Of a DNA stretch of 64,000 nt, positions 42,249-50,579 are shown piece after piece. Within the stretch, counting starts at the first letter, position 1, and every line of letters begins with the position of its first letter. Both the position numbers and the translations under genes were made by a program. The DNA lies in assembly GCA_965217775.1 (NCBI GenBank), contig CBDCJH010000002.1:3328001-3392000 (forward strand). Reading direction: 5' to 3'. The notes under the pieces are model-generated. The model was not told the DNA's origin. It saw only the letters and a program-made list of their open reading frames with translations, and searched no databases. The stretch is from Acidobacteriota bacterium. GTDB taxonomy: Bacteria; Acidobacteriota; UBA6911; RPQK01; JAJDTT01.

Positions 42249-43118
42249 ATGAGAATCATCGCTATCGTATCCCTGGCCCTGGCCGTCCTGGCTCCTCTTC
42301 CCGGCCAGAACCGAACGGAGGTGGAGAGGCCCGGGAGAGTCAAGATATTGGAGTCCCCTTCCGGGGTCCGTTTCGCTCTGCTGGGGGAGGCGGGTGAGCG
42401 GCCGGCTCCGACAGTTCTTGTCTTCGGAGGGGGGATGCGTGCGGGCCTGGAGGGCAGGTCCGGCACCCTATGTTGGATCCTGGCTCGGCACGGCTTCCTT
42501 TCGGTCGCGCTGGACAGTCCCAGCCACGGAGATGATCAGAGGTCCGGCGAGCCGTTCGGCCTCGCAGGGTGGCGGGACCGTCTGGAGAAGGGCGAGGACT
42601 TCCTCGCTGACTTCCTGAAAAGAACCTCCTCCGTGCTGAATTACCTGATCCGGCAGCGAGTCACGGATCCGGAGTGGATCGTCGCTTACGGCTCGTCCCG
42701 GGGCGGTTTCCTGGCCCTGCATTTCGCCGCGGTCGAGCCTCGAATCGGCTCCGCGGTCGCGTTCGCTCCTGTCACGGATCTGCTGGCCTTGCAGGAATTC
42801 CAGGGAATAAGAGACAAAGCTGCGGCCCGTTCTTTGGACGTCATGGAGCTGGCGCCGAAGCTGGCCGGGCGTCGCCTCTTCATCCAGATGGGACACAACG
42901 ACGAGCGGGTGGGCGGCCGCCACGCCATCGACTTCGCTCTGAGGGTCATGGAGCTGTCGCCCTTCCACATGAAGCCCTTGCGGGGCATCTGGTCAGGGGA
43001 CGTGTTGAAGCTGGTGATCACCCCGTCGGAAAGTCAAAACGGCCACACGACCTACGACAGAGCCCACCACGATGCCGCGGAATGGATCCTTCGAGGAACC
43101 GGAGAGGGAGGGAGCTGA
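42249..43118 (+). CDS. Secreted alpha/beta hydrolase
   Basis: GSSRGG nucleophile elbow, D (NDERV) and H (GH) of the triad. Confidence 0.82.
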   Translation: MRIIAIVSLALAVLAPLPGQNRTEVERPGRVKILESPSGVRFALLGEAGERPAPTVLVFGGGMRAGLEGRSGTLCWILARHGFLSVALDSPSHGDDQRSGEPFGLAGWRDRLEKGEDFLADFLKRTSSVLNYLIRQRVTDPEWIVAYGSSRGGFLALHFAAVEPRIGSAVAFAPVTDLLALQEFQGIRDKAAARSLDVMELAPKLAGRRLFIQMGHNDERVGGRHAIDFALRVMELSPFHMKPLRGIWSGDVLKLVITPSESQNGHTTYDRAHHDAAEWILRGTGEGGS

Positions 43119-43158
43119 GCCACGTCACCGGAGGGACCAGGAGCCCGGGGGAAACAAC

Positions 43159-43204
43159 CCGGAGAATCAGACTGTCCCTATCTCTGAGAAGGGGACAGTC
43201 ACTG
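43159..43204. repeat. Head-to-head pair of GACTGTCCCC motifs (hairpin)
   Basis: GACTGTCCCTATCTC-T-GAGAAGGGGACAGTC at 43170-43200; arms pair 13/15. Confidence 0.85.
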
Positions 43205-43314
43205 ATGGCAACTGTACTCCGGGCGTTTCGGCAGGACTTGGCTCGCATGTATCATCGAGGCGTACCCAGGAGACCCTGGTGGGACACCTGCACGGACCTG
43301 AAAGAGGAGGAGTC

Positions 43315-44085
43315 GTGCGAATCAGAGTGATCAATCCCTTCGGCGGAACCGAGTTCAGGGGACGGGAGAACCTGGAGCGCATCAGGCGAAGCGGCACCGA
43401 GTTCGACATGGTCAACATCGCCGACGCCTATCCGCTGAAGAACAACCAGTTCCTGTACTTCCGGCACAAGTGCACCGATGCGACGCTGGAACAGGTGACA
43501 CAGGCCGAGAAGGACGGATGCGACGCCGCCTTCATTTCCTGCAACCTGGACATTGGACTCTACGAAGCCCGTTCTCTGGTGGACATCCCGGTTACGGCCA
43601 CGCTGGAGTCGGCGGCACTGATAGCGTACGCCATGTGTGAACGTTTCTCCCTGATCTCCGTGGACGACCAGAATGGACGCATCCAACGCATGATCCTGAG
43701 GCAGTACGGCCTGGACGGCAAAGTGGCGTCACACCGATCCATCGGCATCGATGCCAATGACCTCTACCCGGAGAAGACGCCGGAAGACGAGGTCTACCGG
43801 CGCGCAGTCGAGGTGTCCCGGCAGTGTGTCCGGGAGGACGGTGCTGAAATGCTGATCTCGGGATGCACCCTCATGGGTTCCGTTCTCACCCACCGCGGCG
43901 CCCAGGCCATCGACGAAATCGGCGCCCCGGTGATCGACGGCATGGTCACCGGCTTCAAGATGGCGGAAATGATGTACGACATCTGCCGTCTGACGGGCCT
44001 GCCTCCCGTGAGCCGAACGGGCTTCTTCCAGTTCCCTCCCGCCGACGACGTGAAACGGCTGAGGGACTTCTACGGGCGGAGATGA
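43315..44085 (+). CDS. Asp/Glu/hydantoin racemase family protein
   Basis: RIRVINP, ISCNLDIG, ISGCT, PVIDG; GTG start after GAGGAGG. Confidence 0.85.
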   Translation: MRIRVINPFGGTEFRGRENLERIRRSGTEFDMVNIADAYPLKNNQFLYFRHKCTDATLEQVTQAEKDGCDAAFISCNLDIGLYEARSLVDIPVTATLESAALIAYAMCERFSLISVDDQNGRIQRMILRQYGLDGKVASHRSIGIDANDLYPEKTPEDEVYRRAVEVSRQCVREDGAEMLISGCTLMGSVLTHRGAQAIDEIGAPVIDGMVTGFKMAEMMYDICRLTGLPPVSRTGFFQFPPADDVKRLRDFYGRR

Positions 44086-44239
44086 AGATCAGGTCATACC
44101 TGGGGGCTTGAGGGAGATCGTGCCGGTAACCGAGACCTGGCTGTCGCGGCGGCGCCAAGGCAAAAATCCCGGTCGACCTCCGCGTCCTTCGCGGAAGCAT
44201 TGCCGGCCGATTGCCCCGCGTTGGGGAGGATTACCACCT

Positions 44240-45685
44240 ATGAGCCGACCTGGACTACGGACCGTGCCATGGCTGATTCTTTCGATCGCCTTGGGGGGAC
44301 TCTCTTCCGCCTGCACCCGAATCCCTGAGGGGCCGAACATCGTCCTGATCCTGGCCGACGATCTGGCCTGGAACCAGTTGGGTTGCTACGGAAGCAGCTT
44401 CTACGAGACTCCTCATCTCGACGCTCTGGCCCGCCAGGGGATGCGTTTCACCGACGCCTACGCCGCCAGTCCGATCTGTTCCCCGACCCGTGCCAGCATC
44501 ATGACGGGAACGTACCCGGCACGACTCCGCGTCACCCAGTTCATCTCTCCTGGAGACTACGCCGGGGATGCCATCAGGCTGCTGGAGCCGGACTGTACCC
44601 GCCGGCTACCCCTGGAGGAGGAGACGATCGCCGAGGCCCTGAAGGATATGGGCTACGTCACGGCTGCATTCGGCAAGTGGCACCTCAGCCAAGCCAAGAC
44701 CCCTCCCGGGAGCCTGCCCTTCAATCCGGACAAGCAGGGTTTCGACCAGCACTTCGTGACCTACAAGCCGGTCCCCCGCATGGCCAGGGAGTGGCAGACG
44801 CCGGAGAACGATGCCCACAACGTCCGCATCATCACCGAGAAATCCCTGGAGTTCATGGAGAAGAACCGGGAAAGGCCCTTCTTCCTCTTCGTTTCTCACA
44901 ACAGCGTTCACACCCCCCTGGTGGAGAAGGAGGCGCTGATCTCCAAGTACCGGGCCAAGCCGGACGTCGACGCCCCCACCAACCACCCGGTCATCGGAGC
45001 CATGATCGAGACCCTGGACCTCAGCGTCGGCCGACTGCTGGCCAAGCTGGACGAGCTGGGCATGTCGGAGAGGACCCTGGTGCTCTTCTTCTCCGACAAT
45101 GGAGGCTTGGAATGGAGCGGAGATGACGGACCGGTCCCGGCCAATCATCCGCTTCGCGCCGGCAAGGGGGACCTCTACGAAGGAGGGATCCGAGTACCCT
45201 TGATCGCCCGCTGGCCGAACGTGATCGCCTCCGGCAGCATAGTTGAGGAGCTAGTCAGCAGCATCGATCTCTTCCCTACCCTGGTGCAAGTCGCGGGAGG
45301 AGTCGAGAAGCGGGGCGAAATCGACGGCGTGAGCCTGCTGCCGCTCCTGCGAGGGGCCGCCACACTGGACCGCGACGCCCTCTTCTGGCACTACCCCCAC
45401 TACCACGGCTCCGGCGCCCTGCCCTCGAGCGCCGTTCGCAAAGGGCGTTACAAGCTGCTGGAGTGGCACGAAGAAAGGATCTACGGGCTGGAGAATCGGT
45501 ACGAGCTCTACGACCTGACGCGCGACCTGGGAGAATCCAACGATTTGGCATCCAGCAGGCCCGAAAAGACCCGCGAGCTGGCCACGGATCTGGAGAACTG
45601 GAGAACTTCGGTGGGAGCCCAGATGCCGCAGCGTAATCCGGCTTACCGGTCCGCCGGAGGTCCCGGCGCGCCTCGAAAGGATTGA
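44240..45685 (+). CDS. S1 sulfatase, probable lipoprotein
   Basis: CSPTRASIMTG; close paralog of 7100. Confidence 0.92.
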   Translation: MSRPGLRTVPWLILSIALGGLSSACTRIPEGPNIVLILADDLAWNQLGCYGSSFYETPHLDALARQGMRFTDAYAASPICSPTRASIMTGTYPARLRVTQFISPGDYAGDAIRLLEPDCTRRLPLEEETIAEALKDMGYVTAAFGKWHLSQAKTPPGSLPFNPDKQGFDQHFVTYKPVPRMAREWQTPENDAHNVRIITEKSLEFMEKNRERPFFLFVSHNSVHTPLVEKEALISKYRAKPDVDAPTNHPVIGAMIETLDLSVGRLLAKLDELGMSERTLVLFFSDNGGLEWSGDDGPVPANHPLRAGKGDLYEGGIRVPLIARWPNVIASGSIVEELVSSIDLFPTLVQVAGGVEKRGEIDGVSLLPLLRGAATLDRDALFWHYPHYHGSGALPSSAVRKGRYKLLEWHEERIYGLENRYELYDLTRDLGESNDLASSRPEKTRELATDLENWRTSVGAQMPQRNPAYRSAGGPGAPRKD

Positions 45686-45775
45686 TACCGTTCGACGGAG
45701 CAGACGGGACCGGGTTGGCGGAATGCGCCGGAACTCAGCCCGTTCGGCTCGACCGACTCGCTATGGCGTCGTCGC

Positions 45776-46498
45776 CTAAGGCGCCCCGCCGTCCAACTCG
45801 CGAACGTAGATGTTACGAAACCAGAGCCGGTTGCCATGGTTCTGCAGCTCGATCTGGCCCCCAGGATAGATCCGTTGGGACCGGTCCCAAATATTTTCCA
45901 TCACCACCTGGTCGGTCACCAACTTGCCGTTGAGCTTCACCGTGACCCGCTCGCCGACCATCTTGATGTAGAAGGTATTCCACTGACCCACAGGCAGGTC
46001 CGCCTTCACCAGGGGAAAACGGGGATGGACCTTGTTGTTCCACAGGGCCCCCGAGCCCTTGTCGTTACCGTGCCTGCGATACTTCTCGGACTCCGTGTCC
46101 CAGATCTGAACCTGGGGGCTGCCGCGCAGATAGATGCCGCTGTCTCCGTCTTCCAGGATCTTCCAGTCGACATACAGTTCGAAATCACCGTAGTCCCTGG
46201 CGGTGCACAGGCTGTCGCCCTTGCCGTCGAACTCCAGAACACCGTCGACCACTCTCCAGTGGGCCCGCATGCGCTCGTCGGCCTTCTTCTGAGCCTCCGC
46301 CAGTTCCGCCGGCGACATCGCGGCACGCTTGATCGGGTGTTCCACCAACCCCTTCCAACCAGCCAGGGTCTTGCCGTCGAAGAGTGCGGTAAAGCCTTCG
46401 GGTGGCTGCGGACCGGGTGCTGCCGAAAGCGGAGCCAGCATCGTGACCAGGCAGGCGACGAATCCGGGGATCCAGGTGTTGCGGCGGTGGTCTCGCAT
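45776..46498 (-). CDS. DUF1080 (3-keto-disaccharide hydrolase-like) protein
   Basis: LFDGKTLAGW, YGDFEL, DSGIYLRG, GQWN, IELQNHG, FRNIYVREL. Confidence 0.9.
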   Translation of the reverse strand: MRDHRRNTWIPGFVACLVTMLAPLSAAPGPQPPEGFTALFDGKTLAGWKGLVEHPIKRAAMSPAELAEAQKKADERMRAHWRVVDGVLEFDGKGDSLCTARDYGDFELYVDWKILEDGDSGIYLRGSPQVQIWDTESEKYRRHGNDKGSGALWNNKVHPRFPLVKADLPVGQWNTFYIKMVGERVTVKLNGKLVTDQVVMENIWDRSQRIYPGGQIELQNHGNRLWFRNIYVRELDGGAP

Positions 46499-46654
46499 CG
46501 GTTTCAACTCCTGCAGGATGGGTGCCACACGAAGCGACACAATTGTCTGGTGGCCGAAGTATAGCACCCGTCCCCCCGGCGATCATGCTCCGGGAGCCTC
46601 ACTGGAGCCGGCAAATCGCGGTGGAGGGATTGGAACGATCCGGCCTGTAGATCG

Positions 46655-46679
46655 TGAAAAATGGACTGTCCCCTTTTTA
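46655..46679 (+). repeat. GACTGTCCCC motif copy
   Basis: GAAAAATGGACTGTCCCCTTTTT, 10 bp from the amidohydrolase stop codon. Confidence 0.75.
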
Positions 46680-46682
46680 CAT

Positions 46683-47771
46683 CTATTCCAGCCCGAACAG
46701 TCGTGCTGCATTCCCGCCGAAGAAGAGTGACCTGTCTTCCCCGGACATGAACTCGGCGTGCAGCCGAACATAGTCCATTGCCTGCCGGTAGGTAACACTG
46801 CGTTCGGCCGCCGGCATGTCCGAACCCCAGATCAGCTTTTCCGGTCCCAGCTCGTCGTACAACCGTTTGAGGATGTCTTGCGCCCACGAAAATGGATACT
46901 CGGTGTCCGGCGCCATCAGATGCAGCATGACTTCCAGGCTCAGGTTCGGGTTCTTGAGGCAGGTCAGGACTTCAACCGGGATTTCGAATCGCTCTTCGGG
47001 GGGACGCATGACGATGGTCTCGATGCCGTGGGTGTAGACGCAGGGAATATCCGGGTGCGACTTGGCCCAGCGGTCCAGACGGACGACCTGCTCCAGGTAG
47101 CTGCCGAGCCGATCCCGGTGACTCGTGTAGAGGTACCAGAACACCGGAATCTCCAGCCGGCGGACCGTTTCCCACAGGGGTTCGAACTTGGCGTCGTCCA
47201 GGTGATCGACCCAGCCGGTGAAGGCCAACGATTCAACCGAAAAATAGAGTCCCCTCAACCCCAGGGTTTCGACGGCGTACTCCAATCGGGACCATTGGAG
47301 TTCCTGATCCGCCTCCCACTCCCGGATCTGAGCCAGCGGAAGGAACCGTCCCGGATACCGGCTCATGCAGTCGCTCAGGATCTCGTTGAGGCTGCCGTAG
47401 ATATGGTCGTGTTGCAGGACCGCCATATCCACACCCAGATAGTCCATGTAGGCGATCATGAGTTCGGGAGGAGCCGCCATGTCCTGAAACCAACAGGGAT
47501 ACCACTGCAGATAGTAGTCTTCGCCATCCACGGTGCATTCCAACTGGCCATGCCCCGCAACGCGGAAATTGACGTCCGGCATATCCGCTATGCCATCGCC
47601 GGCCGGCATCAGCAGTGAGATATCGGCAGGCAAACCGTCGCGGCGCCGGCGCCAGCCTTGGGAGTGGAACTGCACGTGATGCTGGATGATTTGCAACTGG
47701 GTCTCCGCCGCCTGATCGCCCGAGTCGGTGCCCAAGCGCGGAAACACATGAGCATGGGCATCGATAATCAT
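46683..47771 (-). CDS. Amidohydrolase_2 family protein
   Basis: IIDAHAH, LIWGSDMP, FFGGNAARLF. Confidence 0.88.
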   Translation of the reverse strand: MIIDAHAHVFPRLGTDSGDQAAETQLQIIQHHVQFHSQGWRRRRDGLPADISLLMPAGDGIADMPDVNFRVAGHGQLECTVDGEDYYLQWYPCWFQDMAAPPELMIAYMDYLGVDMAVLQHDHIYGSLNEILSDCMSRYPGRFLPLAQIREWEADQELQWSRLEYAVETLGLRGLYFSVESLAFTGWVDHLDDAKFEPLWETVRRLEIPVFWYLYTSHRDRLGSYLEQVVRLDRWAKSHPDIPCVYTHGIETIVMRPPEERFEIPVEVLTCLKNPNLSLEVMLHLMAPDTEYPFSWAQDILKRLYDELGPEKLIWGSDMPAAERSVTYRQAMDYVRLHAEFMSGEDRSLFFGGNAARLFGLE

Positions 47772-47794
47772 CTGATGGAGATTATAAAGAGTGG

Positions 47795-48420
47795 TTGACA
47801 CGCTCTACAGTTCTGGTGACACGCTCGGCCTATCGGCCCACGTTCCGCCACCGGCGGCAGAAACCCCAGCCGCCAAGATGTTGATCGCAGCGTTATGGTC
47901 CCTGTCCATCCGGAGTCCGCAGGTGCGGCACCTGTAGGTCTCACTGCGTCCCGGATCGTGACGACTGCCGCACCTGTGACAGTCCTGCGACGTGTATTTC
48001 GGGTCCACTTCTACGAACTCCCGACCGGCCCACTCTGCCTTGTACTGGAGTTGATTGCGTAGAAGTCCCCAGGATTGGGTGAGGATCTCCCGATTCAGGC
48101 CCTTCTTGTGCAGGCCCTTGGTGGACATCCCCGTGATGTTCAGCTTCTCGACGGCGATGAGTCCGTGAGAACGCACGATCCGAGTCGTGGCCCGGTGGCA
48201 CGTATTCCGGTTCCTGACCTTCTCGCGGTAGCGTAGCCGTGCCAATTGCCGGACCCGCTTCTTGCGGCGGTTCGATCCCCGCTTGCAACGGGCAACTCTT
48301 CTCTGCTGACGCTTGATCTCCGCCCAATTGCGGCGGTGGCGTTCGATCCGTTCTCCGGTGGACAAGACGGCCCGTTTACGGACTCCAAGGTCGATCCCCA
48401 CCGCAGCGTCACAACGGGGG
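47795..48420 (-). mobile_element. tnpB: IS200/IS605-family remnant: 5'-truncated tnpB with probable right end
   Basis: AVGIDLG, IAVEKL, YTSQDC..C, C..C, RDHNAAINIL; stop at 47805, then ..GTGTCAA; N-terminal half absent. Confidence 0.85.
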
Positions 48421-48429
48421 AAATCCGAG

Positions 48430-49860
48430 ATGTTCCGATCTTTCGCCGCAGTGAACTCAGTGCTGTTCTCCGGACTTCTTGCGATTCCGGGAATGGCGTC
48501 CGAGAGGGTGAACCTGATCTCCATCGTCACCGACGACCAGGCTCAATGGGCGGTCGGAGCCTACGGCAACCGGGACATTCTCACCCCGAACATGGATCGG
48601 TTGGCGGAGGAGGGGGCCCTCTTCCACAACGCCTTCGTGGCCACTCCGGTGTGCTCTCCCGGCCGGGCGTCGTTTCTGACCGGGCTCTACCCCACCCAGG
48701 TGGGGATCTCCGATTGGATAGCGCCGGTGGGTTCCGACGTGGGAGTGGGGATCGCCTCGAAGTGGACCACTTGGCCCGAGACATTGCAGGCCAACGGCTA
48801 CGAGACGGCTCTGGTGGGGAAATGGCATCTCGGCCTCGAACCCCAATTTCACCCGACGCGGCACGGCTTCGATACTTTCTACGGTTTTCGAGCCGGAGCG
48901 GCGCGGCCTCAGAATCCGGAGCTGGAGGTCGAGGGCAAGACCCAGGAGGTGGAGGGATACATTGCCGACCTCCTGGTCGATCGCGCGATCCGTTTCCTGG
49001 AAGACAACCGGAGTCGACCCTTCGCCCTGCTCCTCCATTTCCGGGCTCCCCACCGCCCCTATCTTCCGGTTCCTGAGGAGGACTGGACTCCCTTCCGACT
49101 GATGGATCCCGAAGTGCCGGATGTGCCCGGCCTGTCCGCCGGCCACATCAAGCAGCTGACCCGGGAATACTACGCCAGTGTCCACTCCGTGGACCGGAAT
49201 CTGGGGCGTCTGATGTGGAAAATGCGGCAGTTGGGCCTGGACTCGAACACCATCGTCCTGTTCACCAGTGACCACGGTTACATGATTGGGCATCATGGGC
49301 TTCACTCCAAAGGAAACGCATATTGGGTCGCCGCCGGCGTTCGGAATACCGGCAGGACCTACGGCTGGTATCCCATGATCCCCAACATGTACGAGGAATC
49401 CATCCGGGTCCCGCTGCTGATTCGGTGGCCGGGTCGGATCCGGCCCGGGACGAGGATCGATGAACCTGTCTCCAACGTCGACATCTTCCCCACCCTCCTT
49501 AAGCTGCTGGGAATACCCGCCCCGTCTCGAGTCAAACTGGAGGGACGGGATTTCTCGCCTCTGCTGCGGGGCGAGAAGATCCCGTGGCGAGAGGAGATCT
49601 TCGGTCAGTACGACGTGCACAACAACGGACTGGCGTTCATGCGGATGATCCGGACCGATCGTTGGAAGCTGGTCCGGTACCATCTGAGCAACTACCTCGA
49701 CCGTCTCTACGATCTGAAGCAGGACCCTGGAGAGATGAGGAACCTGTACCGGGATCCCGGGCACCAGGAGGTTCGCCAGGATCTGACCAGACGGCTGGAG
49801 TCCTGGCAGCGTTCCATCGACGATCCGGTCCTGCGTTGGGAGAAAGCCATGGGGCGCTGA
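48430..49860 (+). CDS. S1 sulfatase
   Basis: VTDDQ, CSPGRASFLTG, GKWHLG, TSDHG, MYEESIRVP. Confidence 0.9.
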   Translation: MFRSFAAVNSVLFSGLLAIPGMASERVNLISIVTDDQAQWAVGAYGNRDILTPNMDRLAEEGALFHNAFVATPVCSPGRASFLTGLYPTQVGISDWIAPVGSDVGVGIASKWTTWPETLQANGYETALVGKWHLGLEPQFHPTRHGFDTFYGFRAGAARPQNPELEVEGKTQEVEGYIADLLVDRAIRFLEDNRSRPFALLLHFRAPHRPYLPVPEEDWTPFRLMDPEVPDVPGLSAGHIKQLTREYYASVHSVDRNLGRLMWKMRQLGLDSNTIVLFTSDHGYMIGHHGLHSKGNAYWVAAGVRNTGRTYGWYPMIPNMYEESIRVPLLIRWPGRIRPGTRIDEPVSNVDIFPTLLKLLGIPAPSRVKLEGRDFSPLLRGEKIPWREEIFGQYDVHNNGLAFMRMIRTDRWKLVRYHLSNYLDRLYDLKQDPGEMRNLYRDPGHQEVRQDLTRRLESWQRSIDDPVLRWEKAMGR

Positions 49861-49921
49861 TCCGTCCGGGCCGGGCACTTCCCCGCCCCCGCGGCGCGGA
49901 GGAGGACGCGGGGAAGTCGAA

Positions 49922-50290
49922 GTGGAATCGCTGCTGGAGGGGACCCGTGTGGAGCCGGGACCGATCCGTCCCCTCCGGCCGGTCGGGTACTACCACCGTG
50001 AGCCGGAAGTGGGGGCTCCGGAACGGGAGTCGCGGCACGTGCTGCCGGCGCAGGAACACGGACGGTGGTCCTATCCTTCGGTTTTTGTCATGGCAGACCG
50101 CGTGTTCATCGCCCACACCTACAGCATTTACGAAGACCACCCCACCAAGGCCCGACTCGTGCTTTCCAGCCGCCGGGAAGACGGGTTCAACCAGAAGCTC
50201 AAGGTCTTTCCCCTGACTTGGTTCTACGGGGAAAAGGAGCCGGCCGACAACCCCTTCCTGCCGCGAGTCCGGAGGCCGGCGCGTCCCTGA
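49922..50290 (+). pseudogene. C-terminal remnant of a sialidase/BNR-like gene
   Basis: 'GRWSYPSVFVMADRVFIAHTY' terminal blade; no N-terminus or RBS. Confidence 0.45.
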
Positions 50291-50299
50291 GGCGAAGCA

Positions 50300-50553
50300 A
50301 TGGAAAACTGAACTTGGAGACGGGCGCCGGGGGATCGGTCCAAGTGGAAATTCAGGACGAGAAAGGCGTTCCCATCCCCGGTTTCACGGCGGCGGAAGCG
50401 GACGAGATCAACGGCAACCACGTGCGGATCATAGCCTCCTGGCAGGGCTCCCGGGACCTGCGCTCCCTGGAGGGCCGGACCGTCCGGTTGCGTTTCGTGA
50501 TGCGGGACGCGAACCTCTACTCATTCCAGTCCGTCGCCCGGAAAGAGCCCTGA
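50300..50553 (+). pseudogene. C-terminal remnant of the beta-propeller GH-like family
   Basis: LNLETGAGGSVQVEIQD..PIPGF..RLRFVMRDANLYSFQ with no upstream domain. Confidence 0.8.
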
Positions 50554-50579
50554 ACCCAGGGCCCCGCGGCCGCCCCGGC

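Noticed and set aside
48421-48530. N-terminal extension of the tnpB ORF, and the 48313 start of the sulfatase
   Set aside because: Each is just the antisense of the other gene; homology boundaries meet near 48420-48430.
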